From positions 10,146 to 74,145 of the forward strand of contig JACDGV010000006.1 in NCBI GenBank assembly GCA_013821425.1: a stretch of DNA of 64,000 bases. The letters are read 5' to 3'. The stretch's first letter is position 1. Each line of letters starts with the position of its first letter. The DNA comes from Nitrosospira sp. Its GTDB lineage: Bacteria; Pseudomonadota; Gammaproteobacteria; Burkholderiales; Nitrosomonadaceae. Of the stretch, positions 20,301-30,175 are shown in pieces. Made by a program: the position numbers and the translations under genes. The notes under the pieces are model-generated. The model ran no database searches. It was not told the origin of the DNA and was given only the letters and a program-made list of their open reading frames with translations.

Positions 20301-20343
20301 GGTATTCGATGCTTTTGCGACACAACCTGTAGAATACACGCCA

Positions 20344-20856
20344 CTAAACGATGACGTCTCCATCGGGGTTTTTCGGGTCCTTCGGATCTTTCCACTTCCA
20401 CTTTAACAGTACCCGCAACCGCCTGAATTCCTCCGCGTCTATTCCATCGGGCAGAATCACGACGCTGTGCGAAAAGTATCTTCGCCACGAGGTCAAAGGC
20501 CTCAGCGGTTTCAGTTCGAGCACCGCCAGAAAAGGCGCGACAAAACTGCTGCCGAGCAGGGCGCACGCAATGCGTTCCCCACCCCGGGTCTGGAGCGTGC
20601 AAGTCATTTCATCCGATATTTCAAGACCTGTTACCGATCGGGGCGAGCTCAGCAGAGCGTAATGCCTCAGATAGAAAAACAGGCTGGCAACCAGCGCGGC
20701 GGAACCTGCCAGCTTCAAGGCTGTAGGTAACGTTAGCGGCCATAACAGACCGACCGCCGCAAAATGGGCAAAACCCAGCAGCAAGGCTAAACGGACGGAA
20801 GGTTTGAGCCGGGTGCTGAGTAAAGCAGGAGTAGAAGAGGCCAGGGGATCAATCAT
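20344..20856 (-). CDS. YgfX/CptA-like inner-membrane protein (PF07254-like)
   Basis: 170-aa ORF. It has two N-terminal TM helices and a C-terminal ...DGIDAEEFRRLRVLL that resembles E. coli YgfX ...DSMDEAEWRDLRRIL. It is divergent from ygfZ, as the sdhE-ygfX pair is in E. coli. Identity rests on recalled similarity only. Confidence 0.6.
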   Translation of the reverse strand: MIDPLASSTPALLSTRLKPSVRLALLLGFAHFAAVGLLWPLTLPTALKLAGSAALVASLFFYLRHYALLSSPRSVTGLEISDEMTCTLQTRGGERIACALLGSSFVAPFLAVLELKPLRPLTSWRRYFSHSVVILPDGIDAEEFRRLRVLLKWKWKDPKDPKNPDGDVIV

Positions 20857-20959
20857 GGGGTGTAGGGAATAGGGCTATTATCTCATCCCTGGCGACATGC
20901 GGTTTATCGCGGCTGCGTCTTGGCTTTATAATCTTCCCTTTTTACGGCGCACATTGTCC

Positions 20960-22027
20960 ATGAACCTCGCGTGGCAAAATTACCTTCAAAGCCGTCAGGC
21001 AATAATTCAGGACGGCCGGGTAATCCATTACGGCGATACCGCGGCGGAACTTGAGAGCGCCCGGTCCCCCTCTGCTACGGTGCTCGCTGATCTTTCGCAC
21101 AGTGGCCTGATCCGCTTTGCGGGCGAGGATGCGCAGTCCTTCCTGCAAGGACAGGTAAGCTGCGACATTAGCGAAATCAATTCCGCTACAGCCAGCTACG
21201 GTGCCTACTGCACTCCGAAGGGCAGGATGCTGGCGAGTTTTCTGATGTGGCGCGACGGTGCCGATTACGTCATGCAGTTGCCGTCAAGCTTGCAGGCGTT
21301 GACCCAGAAGCGCTTATCCATGTACGTGCTGCGGGCGAAAGTCAGGCTGACCGACGATAACGACAACCTGGTGCGGCTAGGTGTTTCCGGCGAACATGCC
21401 GAAAAGCTGGTGAAGGAAATTCTACGTGCGGATCCCGCTTTGAGCGGGATTCCGGCATTGAAGCTCGGCATGGTACAGGGTGAACGAGGAAGCATAATCA
21501 GTCTGGCTCGGGATCGCTTTGAACTCGCCGTCACTCCAGAGCTCGCGCCTGCAGTATGGGAAAGCCTGGGCAAGGATGCCGTGCCAGTGGGAGCCCGCTG
21601 TTGGGAATGGCTTGAAATCAGAGCCGGAATTCCCGTGATCACCCCTCCCACCCAGGAGCAGTTTGTGCCGCAAATGGCGAACCTGGATGCAATCGGGGGA
21701 GTCAGTTTCCACAAGGGGTGTTACCCCGGTCAGGAGATTGTTGCCCGCGCCCGGTATCTCGGCAAGATCAAGCGCCGCATGTATCTGGCCAATATCCAAC
21801 CGGAAATCCTGAATACTTCGGTAAAAGCCGGTGACGTGTTATTCAGCCCGGATATGGGGAACCAATCCGCCGGAATGGTAGTTAACGCAGCACATTCGCC
21901 TCACAGCGGGTTCGATGTGTTAGCTGTCATACAGACGAGCAGTGCCGAGGCTGGTAATATACGCTGGCTGTCGCTGGATGGTCCGCTGCTGGAGATCATG
22001 GCGCTGCCTTATACAGTAAGCCAGTAA
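20960..22027 (+). CDS. ygfZ: Folate-binding Fe-S cluster repair / tRNA-modifying protein YgfZ
   Basis: The track ORF starts at 20897; internal M22 (MNLAWQNYL...) gives a typical length. Diagnostic motif FHKGCYPGQEIVARARYLG. Confidence 0.9.
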   Translation: MNLAWQNYLQSRQAIIQDGRVIHYGDTAAELESARSPSATVLADLSHSGLIRFAGEDAQSFLQGQVSCDISEINSATASYGAYCTPKGRMLASFLMWRDGADYVMQLPSSLQALTQKRLSMYVLRAKVRLTDDNDNLVRLGVSGEHAEKLVKEILRADPALSGIPALKLGMVQGERGSIISLARDRFELAVTPELAPAVWESLGKDAVPVGARCWEWLEIRAGIPVITPPTQEQFVPQMANLDAIGGVSFHKGCYPGQEIVARARYLGKIKRRMYLANIQPEILNTSVKAGDVLFSPDMGNQSAGMVVNAAHSPHSGFDVLAVIQTSSAEAGNIRWLSLDGPLLEIMALPYTVSQ

Positions 22028-22356
22028 TGGAGAATATTTTCGTATCGTCATGGAATAGTATGACAAGTAATTTTCCCGAGAAGCTCGAGTGTTCGGAGAT
22101 CGGCGTTCGGACAGGACCGCCAAGGAATCCGTGATTGTTCCACCCGCGTTCGCCACGGTTAAGCCGCCGTATCATTTAGAACCGCAAAGGTTTTCATCAC
22201 GTTTTGCCTATACACCATACATCGCGATCCGTCTCATTAACGCGTAAGCAGCAAAAATGCCGGGCATGGGAAGACAGGAAGGCGGGAAGATTTTCGGCCT
22301 TGTTTTTGGCTCATATCGAACACCTGGCAAAATTAACCCGGTATTTAACAGCGAAA

Positions 22357-25089
22357 GTGTTCTCTTTCCGTTTCCCCCTCTGGTGCGTATTGCTGCCATT
22401 CGTGTTAATGACATCGACAGTAGCCGCCGAGAGGCTTGAACAGCGCGACATTGCGTTTTATTACGGTAGTCGGCCGCCTGTCGAGGACTTGCGTCATTTT
22501 GATCAGATCGTTGTTCAGCCAAGCCAGGTTCTGCCGCACGAGAGAACAGCGTTGCTGAATCTCGATTCGCTCATATTGGCCTATGTTTCATTTGGTGAGA
22601 TTGCTCGCAATAGCGATGATATGGCGCGTATCGATACGAAGTGGTCGATTGGCGTTAATCCGGCATGGAACAGCCTGGTGATGGACATGGCTGATCCATC
22701 CTGGCATGAATATCTGCTGGAGCATCATTTTGGCCGTCTGTGGCGTGACGGGTACCGCGCGTTTTTCCTGGATACCGTCGACAGCTATCTGATTGTCACG
22801 CCTGAAGGCAAACAACGTGAGGAGCAGGAGGCAGGGTTGGTTGCGTTGCTCGCGGAAGTGAAGCGCCGCTTTCCCGGCTGCAAGCTTATTCTCAATCGCG
22901 GCTTCGAGGTGCTGGATCGCGCCAGCGTGTATGCTGATGGCATGGTCGCCGAATCACTTTTTCACGGTTTCGATCCTGTTAGCGGCAAGCATGCGCCAAC
23001 GAAAGAGGAAAATAGAGCGTGGCTTATCCAGCAACTGACGCGCGCTCAAAATGAATTTAATGTACCGGTTACGGTGCTCGATTACGTCGATCCCGGTGAT
23101 TGGGTAGAGGCAAAAAAAACAGCGCGGGAGATCCTCAAGCTCGGGTTCATGCCGTGGGTCGCGAACGGTGATTTGACATGGCTGGGACAGGGCCGCTTGC
23201 GTCTTGCCCCGCGCAAGTTGCTTGCCATCATAAACGGTACACCCGCCCAGCAAATGGATCAGGAGCTGTTCAAGCACGCCGCCATGCCCCTCGAACATCT
23301 AGGCCTGGCGCTCGAGTATTGGTACATCGACCAACTTCCTTTGCCCATTGAGCCGCTTGTCGGACGCTACGCGGGCGTGATTTCCTGGCCGGGTATAGAC
23401 GCCAGGGACCGCTACGAGAGCGTCTGCATGCGGTTAAAGACGGAAGTAGACGCGGGTTTACCAGTGGTGTTCATGGGTTACCTGCCAACAGGTTCAGCTT
23501 GCAGGAGCCTGGTGGATTATCAGGGTGATCTGCAGCCAGCAACGGGAAAGCTCAAACTCGGCGCCGCCAGCGACCGCCTGGGCCGCCCGAGCGAAGCGCC
23601 AGTGGTCGGCAGCGGCACCCCCAATGTGCACATGCGTGACCGCAGCCAGGCCTGGTTGACCTTAAGCGAAGAGGACAAGCTCTTTCATCCCATCGCGGTC
23701 GGCGCGTGGGGAGGCTACGCATTGCACCCGCATATAATTAGCGAGAGCGCATCGGGCCGTCGTGCCTGGCTGCTGGACCCTTTTTCCTTTTTCCAGGCCG
23801 CGTTGCGTCTGCCGGTACAACCCGTGTTCGATATGACCACTGAAAACGGACGCCGCCTCGGCCTTATCGAAGTAAGGGGTGATCGCCTGTTTGCGAAAGA
23901 TGAGCATGGAGGGGAGGTAATCGACCGGCTTGAGGCGTGGATTAAAGAAAATGGTGCCCCGGTGACAGTGGGCGTCATCGAGGCGGAAGCGAACAGCGAA
24001 GATAAGCTTGTGAAAATACGCCGGTTAGCTTCTATGCCACAGGTTCGTTTGGCGAGTCATACGTACAGCCACCCCTTTTATTGGGGCGTGTTCGAGGGCA
24101 AGACGGATGCTGATCAGCAGCCTTATCGGTATGGGGTATTCATGGATGGCTATGCGGCGGAGATCATGCGAGAAACAGCAGGAACCATCCCATTCCTTCA
24201 ATCGGTGGCGCCCGAATCCCCACTATTGCTGATCTGGTCCGGAGACGCCAAGCCCGGGCCAGCGGCGCTGGCAGCCGCGCAAAAGGCAAATCTGCCCCAC
24301 TATGGCGGAGGCGGGCTGCGCTGGCATAGCGGGCCGTTATCCTACGCCGATCTTTCTCCTTCGCTCCGGCCCACGGAGTGGGGCACCCAGGTGCTGACCC
24401 CCCTGACGGGCGAGCCGTTGTTCGCGCATCTCTGGTATGGCGAAGCGTTGAACTTCGGCAAGATCCGCGAGTGGAACCATGAGCTGGAACTGGGGAGGCG
24501 GTTGCGTCCCTCGACCATATCGTTTCATGCCGATGCGCTATTGCATCCACGCGGAGCGGCGCTTCTGGATCAGTTGGCCGATGAGCAACAGGGTGAAAAT
24601 GTGCTTAGCGTCTGGGTCGACGAATACGTCGAGCGCGCTCGGTCTTTCCAAACGGCGAGTATTGCACGCGAGCTTGACGGGAATTGGCTGCTTTTCGGGG
24701 ATGCACTCAGAACAGTACGATTACCTGTTCTGGAAATGACCCCCGAGATCTCCACCGATGTTGTGGGCTACTCTGACCGGGATGACGCTCGCTATATTTA
24801 TCTTGCGCGCAACCATGCCGTTCTCAAGCACAGGGGCAAGGATAGAGATAGCGGGGGATCGGCTTTACGTTTGATAGACGCGAGCGCACCGCTGAGATCG
24901 TGGCATCTGAATGCCGATGGTTCCGCCACGCTGCTATTCGAGCCACGGGGGAATTTATCCCTTCGAGTGCCCGGCTCCTGCGCTCTTAGCGTGAATGGCA
25001 AGGCCTTGACTTCGCACCGTCACGACTCGCAGTCCATTTATCTGGTGGCCGAAAATAACGCGGCGAGGGAATTCCGGCTTGAGTGTTAA
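22357..25089 (+). CDS. pelA: PelA: bifunctional Pel polysaccharide hydrolase / deacetylase
   Basis: The track ORF is 22204..25089 (961 aa). The only signal-peptide-like segment follows GTG 22357 (VFSFRFPLWCVLLPFVLMTSTVAA/E), so the start is uncertain. It has a GH114-like N-terminal region, a CE4-like metal motif ASHTYSHPFYW, a size close to P. aeruginosa PelA (948 aa), and is first gene of the pel cluster. Confidence 0.88.
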   Translation: MFSFRFPLWCVLLPFVLMTSTVAAERLEQRDIAFYYGSRPPVEDLRHFDQIVVQPSQVLPHERTALLNLDSLILAYVSFGEIARNSDDMARIDTKWSIGVNPAWNSLVMDMADPSWHEYLLEHHFGRLWRDGYRAFFLDTVDSYLIVTPEGKQREEQEAGLVALLAEVKRRFPGCKLILNRGFEVLDRASVYADGMVAESLFHGFDPVSGKHAPTKEENRAWLIQQLTRAQNEFNVPVTVLDYVDPGDWVEAKKTAREILKLGFMPWVANGDLTWLGQGRLRLAPRKLLAIINGTPAQQMDQELFKHAAMPLEHLGLALEYWYIDQLPLPIEPLVGRYAGVISWPGIDARDRYESVCMRLKTEVDAGLPVVFMGYLPTGSACRSLVDYQGDLQPATGKLKLGAASDRLGRPSEAPVVGSGTPNVHMRDRSQAWLTLSEEDKLFHPIAVGAWGGYALHPHIISESASGRRAWLLDPFSFFQAALRLPVQPVFDMTTENGRRLGLIEVRGDRLFAKDEHGGEVIDRLEAWIKENGAPVTVGVIEAEANSEDKLVKIRRLASMPQVRLASHTYSHPFYWGVFEGKTDADQQPYRYGVFMDGYAAEIMRETAGTIPFLQSVAPESPLLLIWSGDAKPGPAALAAAQKANLPHYGGGGLRWHSGPLSYADLSPSLRPTEWGTQVLTPLTGEPLFAHLWYGEALNFGKIREWNHELELGRRLRPSTISFHADALLHPRGAALLDQLADEQQGENVLSVWVDEYVERARSFQTASIARELDGNWLLFGDALRTVRLPVLEMTPEISTDVVGYSDRDDARYIYLARNHAVLKHRGKDRDSGGSALRLIDASAPLRSWHLNADGSATLLFEPRGNLSLRVPGSCALSVNGKALTSHRHDSQSIYLVAENNAAREFRLEC

Positions 25090-25090
25090 G

Positions 25091-27787
25091 GTGCAGCGTG
25101 AATCCCTGTTGAACGCGCCGGCGCTGATGTTCATGAGCGCAGTCCTCCTAGTCGTTTTCTGGGTGCTGTTTCCCCGGCAACCTGCGTTCAGAAACCCCTC
25201 CAATCTATCTGCGAACGACGCGTTATCGGTTGCTTATCTTCGTGTGCTGGTCCAGTCCGATCCCGCTAACGCTCCGCTGCGCCTGTCGTTCGTGCAACTA
25301 TTGACGCAAGCCGGCGCGACTGATGAGGCTGTCGAGGCTATTGGCCCTTTGCAACGTGCTCCCGAATCGAACCTGACCTACGAAATTCGCCTGGCGGAAC
25401 TCAAGCTTTCCCTGCAGCAGCTTTATCGTCAGCCCGCAAAAGAGGTGGAAGCGCGGCTTCGCGCCCGCATCGCCGAACTCATTCCTTCTTTATTGCGCAT
25501 GGCGGACAATGATGAAGAATTAAGTCAGGTAGTTGTATTGGCGGAGCAGTTTGGCGAGCCTTCAGTATTGGCCGAAACCTTCGAGCAATTGCCTGTCATA
25601 CTGGACGAAAGCGACGAAAAAAAATCGCGGTGGCTTGCCTATGCCGCAAAACAGCGCATAGCGGCTGCCCAGCCCCGGTTGGCCGCGCGAAACTGGTGCC
25701 AGGCCTTCAGCCTTGAACAGGCCCGGAAAAAGAAAATGCAAATGGCAAAATTCTGTTTACGCGCCTATCTTCAGGCCGGCATCGATCATGAGGCTATCGA
25801 GGCGGCGGTGCAGGTGCAGAAACGCGTCAAGAGTGACGCCGAGCTTTTATTGCTTTCCGCCGACATTGCCGAGCCGCTTGAGGACCACAAACATGCACTG
25901 GAGTGGCTGGAAAAAGCCAGTACGTCATTGCATGGCGATACGGCGCTCGCCGAGCGCATTGTGCGGTTGCAGGTATCGATGGGCCTGTTGGCCGAAAGCT
26001 TTTCACGGGCGGCGCAGCTGCGAACCTCGCTGGTCCCGGGCAGCGATCTCCACAAATTGATCGCCCGTATTTATGACTGGAACGCACAGCCTGACGAGGC
26101 GCTCGTCCTGTGGTTGTCTTTTGCGCGCCACCGTGCCGACCAGGAGGCTGAGACGCGCGCGTTTGCGCTTGCCCAGGCTAAACCGGACAACGAAGCGTTG
26201 CTTCAGTTGCTGGAAGCAATCATGGCGCGCCGAACGTTGACCGCCGCCGAAGCTGAAGCTTATGTCAAGGCGGGCCTGAGTGTCGCGCAACCATCTCATC
26301 TGGAACGGCAATTGCGCCGTCATGCCGAACGTTTCGATAACCCTCCTGCAGCGATGAAGGCATTGGCGAACGTTCTGATACTACAGGGGAAGCCTAGTGA
26401 TGCTATCAAGGTGTATCGCGAACTGCCGGATACGCAGGATGAGCAGCAAAGAGTGTCTCTGGCTCGGCTATATGACGAAGCGGGGGACGCACAAAAGAGT
26501 TTTGATCTGTTAACTCGCAACTTTGGTTCTCCCGATCCGGCGTTTGCCGAGGAGTATTGGGTGCTGCTAGCCAAGGTTGCAACGCAACTGGGTCAGGACA
26601 CGTACGCGAGCAAGGCGTATGAAGAGGCACTGGCTTTCCGGCCCAACGATGCGGAAATACTGGACCATCTGCAACGCTTGGCGGTACGTCATGGGGATCA
26701 TGAAAAAAGCGAGCGGCTTGCGCGTTACGGATGGGACCGCTTGCGGCGCGTCGAAGATCTGCAACGCCTCATGCGTTTTGCCTGGAAACGGGAAGAGTGG
26801 CAGGACCTCGACCATTTGCTTTCCCTGGGTGAAGCGGTGCCATCGGTGGTAGCACAGGCGCCTGACTACTGGTATTTCCGGTCCATGCGCAAAATGGCGA
26901 CCGGGGACCGGGATTCGGCCCGGCAGGCGATGCGGGAGCTTCTGCGATTGCGCGGTTCCGGCCCCGAAGTCGCCGAGGCAATGATCTGGCTGCTTCTCTC
27001 CGACGATAAAATCGATCAACCCGCGCTTGAGGCGGTCGTTCAGCCGTACCGGAGTGAATTGATCGATCAATCGGTTATCAGCCCGCCATTAGTCGAGGCG
27101 CTGGCGGCCGCAGAGCATACGCTAGGCAAGCCTGTTCAGGCAGCGAGCTGGTATCTGAAATCGCTGGCTACCAGGCCTAGAGATTTTTTATGGACATTGA
27201 CATTAGCCGATAACATGGAGTGGGTCGGCTGTCCTGCACACGCGAATCATGCGCGCTATGGCGCCCTGAAAATGTCCACGGCACGCCGTTTCGCTCAGGC
27301 AGATGTAAAACACCCCCAACGTCTGGCCGAGTATGTGGCCGGCTCAAAAGATTCGCTGGTGCAGCGGGCTCCGGATGATTCAAGGAATCAGCAATGGCGC
27401 TCACTTTGGGAGCGCTGGGGTTTTACCGGCCGCCTCGACAATGCGAGTTACTTTGCGCTGCAGCGACAGCGCGAGCGCCTGTTATCTCCGGCATGGGATA
27501 AATTTGCCGAAGCGGTCAACAAAAACGACGAAGAACTGCTTTCAGCGCAATTGGCGGCTATTTCGCTTCGATTGCAGAACCAGCCGGACGATCCGGCGCT
27601 TCCGGATGTCCTGCCCTTGTCGATGGAAGATCTCAATCGCGCCAATCGATGGTTCGCGGGCGAAGCTCCCCGCAATCAACCCTCTTTGGATGACGAACCC
27701 GATATCTGTCGCGCAACGCTGGCAAAAATTCGTGAATCCCAGGGACAGGTAAAACCCGGATTTGATGCGGAGCCTGCAAAGCCATGA
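25091..27787 (+). CDS. pelB: PelB-like TPR/helical-repeat scaffold protein (no recognisable C-terminal porin)
   Basis: About 900-aa ORF; candidate starts are TTG 25079, GTG 25091 and ATG 25127. It has an N-terminal TM (MFMSAVLLVVFWVLF), then Leu/Ala-rich helical repeats throughout. It sits between pelA and pelD. It ends in a charged tail ...DDEPDICRATLAKIRESQGQVKPGFDAEPAKP. Confidence 0.78.
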   Translation: MQRESLLNAPALMFMSAVLLVVFWVLFPRQPAFRNPSNLSANDALSVAYLRVLVQSDPANAPLRLSFVQLLTQAGATDEAVEAIGPLQRAPESNLTYEIRLAELKLSLQQLYRQPAKEVEARLRARIAELIPSLLRMADNDEELSQVVVLAEQFGEPSVLAETFEQLPVILDESDEKKSRWLAYAAKQRIAAAQPRLAARNWCQAFSLEQARKKKMQMAKFCLRAYLQAGIDHEAIEAAVQVQKRVKSDAELLLLSADIAEPLEDHKHALEWLEKASTSLHGDTALAERIVRLQVSMGLLAESFSRAAQLRTSLVPGSDLHKLIARIYDWNAQPDEALVLWLSFARHRADQEAETRAFALAQAKPDNEALLQLLEAIMARRTLTAAEAEAYVKAGLSVAQPSHLERQLRRHAERFDNPPAAMKALANVLILQGKPSDAIKVYRELPDTQDEQQRVSLARLYDEAGDAQKSFDLLTRNFGSPDPAFAEEYWVLLAKVATQLGQDTYASKAYEEALAFRPNDAEILDHLQRLAVRHGDHEKSERLARYGWDRLRRVEDLQRLMRFAWKREEWQDLDHLLSLGEAVPSVVAQAPDYWYFRSMRKMATGDRDSARQAMRELLRLRGSGPEVAEAMIWLLLSDDKIDQPALEAVVQPYRSELIDQSVISPPLVEALAAAEHTLGKPVQAASWYLKSLATRPRDFLWTLTLADNMEWVGCPAHANHARYGALKMSTARRFAQADVKHPQRLAEYVAGSKDSLVQRAPDDSRNQQWRSLWERWGFTGRLDNASYFALQRQRERLLSPAWDKFAEAVNKNDEELLSAQLAAISLRLQNQPDDPALPDVLPLSMEDLNRANRWFAGEAPRNQPSLDDEPDICRATLAKIRESQGQVKPGFDAEPAKP

Positions 27788-29067
27788 AAAAACCCTGGCT
27801 TGAAGGCATCGAGACCATTGATGTCAATAAGCCGGCAACCGCCTGGGGCGGGTGGCTTGAAACGCTCGGTTTGACCGCGCTTGTGGTCGGGATATCGTTC
27901 GTTACCCAGCAGGATGATCCTTTCCGGCTGGGTGAGGGGTTCCCGTGGCCGATCATGGCTCCGTTGCTGGCCGGACTGCGATACGGTTTCGCCTATGGAT
28001 TTGTCAGTGCCTTGCTGATCCTGGCGACACTGGGCGTGGCGATAAACCAGCAGTGGCAAATAACTTCCGGCTTTCCGCTGCCGTGGTCGATCGGAGTCGT
28101 TGTGGTAGCCATGGTGGCGGGAGAATTTCGCGACATGTGGGGCCGCCGCTTGCACCGGTTGGAGGGCGCATACCAATATCGCGCGGAACGGCTCGAGGAG
28201 TTCACGCGCAGTTACCAGCTGTTACGCTTGTCACATGACCGCCTCGAACAAACGGTTGCCAATAGCGGGTTTTCTCTGCGGGAGGGAACGATGCGCTTGC
28301 AGGCCGCGCTCGAACCCATGGGTGATTCTATCTGCCGACTGAGCCCGTCCGCTTACCAGCAACTGCTGGACTTCGTGGCGGAATACGGCGCGCTGACACA
28401 GGCGTGCATTGTGGGGCTGTCCGCCGACCGGCTCGATACGGCCAGCGTTCTGGCTGGTGCCGGTGAGAGTTTTCCCGTGGATGATACCGATCCGGTGTTA
28501 AGGAGGGCGCTTGAAACCGGCGAGCCAGCGGTGATAAACCTTGTCAATGAATACGCGACGGAGCAGGACTCATTATTGGCCGCCATTCCGCTGGCTGATT
28601 CCACGGGCGAAATACAAGCGCTGTTACTGGTGAGGTCCATGCCGTTTTTTGCGTTTCATGAAGACAACCTGAAACTTATCGCGGTGCTTGCGGCGCACGG
28701 CGTGGACCATCTCCGTTTCGGCACGGCCGCTTCTTCCACAGCTCGTTTTGCCGCCGGGTTTGAGCGCGTGCATCAGGATTTTTTACGATTCAAGCTCGAC
28801 GCCACGCTTCTGAGATTACCGGCGCTGCCTGGCGATGCCCAGCGCGTTTACGAAAAACTGCGTTCCGCGGTACGCGCCATCGATCTCATATGCATGGCAA
28901 GCGACGAAGGCCAGACGGTCATCTGGGTTCTGCTGCCCCTAACCGATATCGGCCAGGCGCGAGCATGGCTGCAACGCGTGGATAGCTTTAGCGAAGGATT
29001 GGCCGGCGAACTTATTGCGATTGCCGATATTGATCCGCAACGTGTCCGCTCCCTGGAGCCGCACTGA
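27784..29067 (+). CDS. pelD: PelD: c-di-GMP receptor of the Pel system
   Basis: 427-aa ORF with an ATGA overlap on the pelB stop. Four N-terminal TM helices are followed by GAF-like and degenerate-GGDEF-like regions. There is an RxxD motif (R364-A-I-D367, nt 28873-28884) at almost the same position as the P. aeruginosa PelD I-site. Confidence 0.87.
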   Translation: MKKPWLEGIETIDVNKPATAWGGWLETLGLTALVVGISFVTQQDDPFRLGEGFPWPIMAPLLAGLRYGFAYGFVSALLILATLGVAINQQWQITSGFPLPWSIGVVVVAMVAGEFRDMWGRRLHRLEGAYQYRAERLEEFTRSYQLLRLSHDRLEQTVANSGFSLREGTMRLQAALEPMGDSICRLSPSAYQQLLDFVAEYGALTQACIVGLSADRLDTASVLAGAGESFPVDDTDPVLRRALETGEPAVINLVNEYATEQDSLLAAIPLADSTGEIQALLLVRSMPFFAFHEDNLKLIAVLAAHGVDHLRFGTAASSTARFAAGFERVHQDFLRFKLDATLLRLPALPGDAQRVYEKLRSAVRAIDLICMASDEGQTVIWVLLPLTDIGQARAWLQRVDSFSEGLAGELIAIADIDPQRVRSLEPH

Positions 29068-30143
29068 TGTATCGCCCTTTGGTACTTCCAGGAGTGGCGG
29101 CAGAGGCGCTGGCGGGCTTGATGCTTTGGTTGAGTGCAGGCGGGGAGGAATGGGTGACAAATGTAACAATATTCGCGGCTGTGGTATTTCACACCGTTTC
29201 ATCCTATTTTCTTGCGCGGGCCTTCTGGCAATTGCTGCCGCGCCGGTACAAGCTCCCCGCGCGCCGAAGCCTGAGTTTTCTGTTCGCCCTTCTGTGGATG
29301 CTGCCGGTGCTGGGAGCCCTGGGTGTCCTATGGAGCGTCACCAGCGCCTTGCAACGTCCTCACGGCCGCTCTTCGCGGAGCGTCAAAAGCGTTCTCCTGC
29401 CTGAACTTCCTTTTTCGCCACCTGTTATTTATGAGACACCTCCCTACAGCGAGGGCGCGTTGCGCCAGATCGTGTATTTTGCCGCACGGCCGTTGAAGCG
29501 GCTGAAAGCAGTGATGGCGACGCGGCATATGCAGCCGCGGGAGGCCATGGCGGTGTGGTCGAAGGCGACCCGTGATCCGGTCGATGATGTACGGTTGTTT
29601 GCTTATGCCATGCTGGACAATAGCGAAAAAAAACTGATAAGCCGTATCCTGGCCCTGACCGAAGTACTGCCTGCGATTCCGCTTCGCGCACAGCGCGCCT
29701 GCCATAAGGCTATCGCAGCGCTGTGCTGGGAGCTTGTGTATCAGCGTCTGGTGCAAGGCGCGGTACGGCAGCACTGGCTCCAGACCGCGCGGCGTCATAT
29801 CGAATTCGTGCTTTTCCCATCAGCCTCTGCTCCATCGAGCCGGTCCGATGCATCGACATTCACCGCATCAAAGGATCTTCCTGTTCTCGTTGTGAGAGAC
29901 CCAGACAGCTTGCTGTTGTACGGGCGGATTTTACTGGAATCGGGCGAGTTCGTACTCGCGAGGGAAGCCTTCGCAAGCGCCCGATCCGCCGGCATGAGCC
30001 AACAGAAAATTCTGCCGTGGCTAGCGGAGATTGCTTTCCGTGAACGGCAGTTTTCGGAGGTGAAGCGCTGTTTATCGGCACTGGCACGCCCCGGGGAGAA
30101 GGGACGCGAGCTCTCGTTGGTGAAAGCATGGTGGAACAAGTGA
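29067..30143 (+). CDS. pelE: PelE: inner-membrane TPR protein of the Pel system
   Basis: 358-aa ORF whose start overlaps the pelD stop (TGATG). It has N-terminal TM helices and a helical-repeat C-terminus. Its position and size match PelE. Confidence 0.8.
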   Translation: MYRPLVLPGVAAEALAGLMLWLSAGGEEWVTNVTIFAAVVFHTVSSYFLARAFWQLLPRRYKLPARRSLSFLFALLWMLPVLGALGVLWSVTSALQRPHGRSSRSVKSVLLPELPFSPPVIYETPPYSEGALRQIVYFAARPLKRLKAVMATRHMQPREAMAVWSKATRDPVDDVRLFAYAMLDNSEKKLISRILALTEVLPAIPLRAQRACHKAIAALCWELVYQRLVQGAVRQHWLQTARRHIEFVLFPSASAPSSRSDASTFTASKDLPVLVVRDPDSLLLYGRILLESGEFVLAREAFASARSAGMSQQKILPWLAEIAFRERQFSEVKRCLSALARPGEKGRELSLVKAWWNK

Positions 30144-30175
30144 GCCGCGCTGTTCGCCCGGAGGTAGGCGGTTCC

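Noticed and set aside
22028-22356. Search for a sigma-54 (TGGCA-N..-TGC) or FleQ-type box upstream of pelA
   Set aside because: CTGGCAAAATTAACCCGG lacks the -12 GC element, and no FleQ-like palindrome was seen. The promoter remains unassigned.
26567-27070. Antisense ORFs within pelB-like, pelD and pelF: 167 aa (26567..27070), 166 aa (27676..28176) and 162 aa (31081..31569)
   Set aside because: All lie opposite strongly supported pel genes and have biased Arg/Ser/Pro composition. None has start signals.
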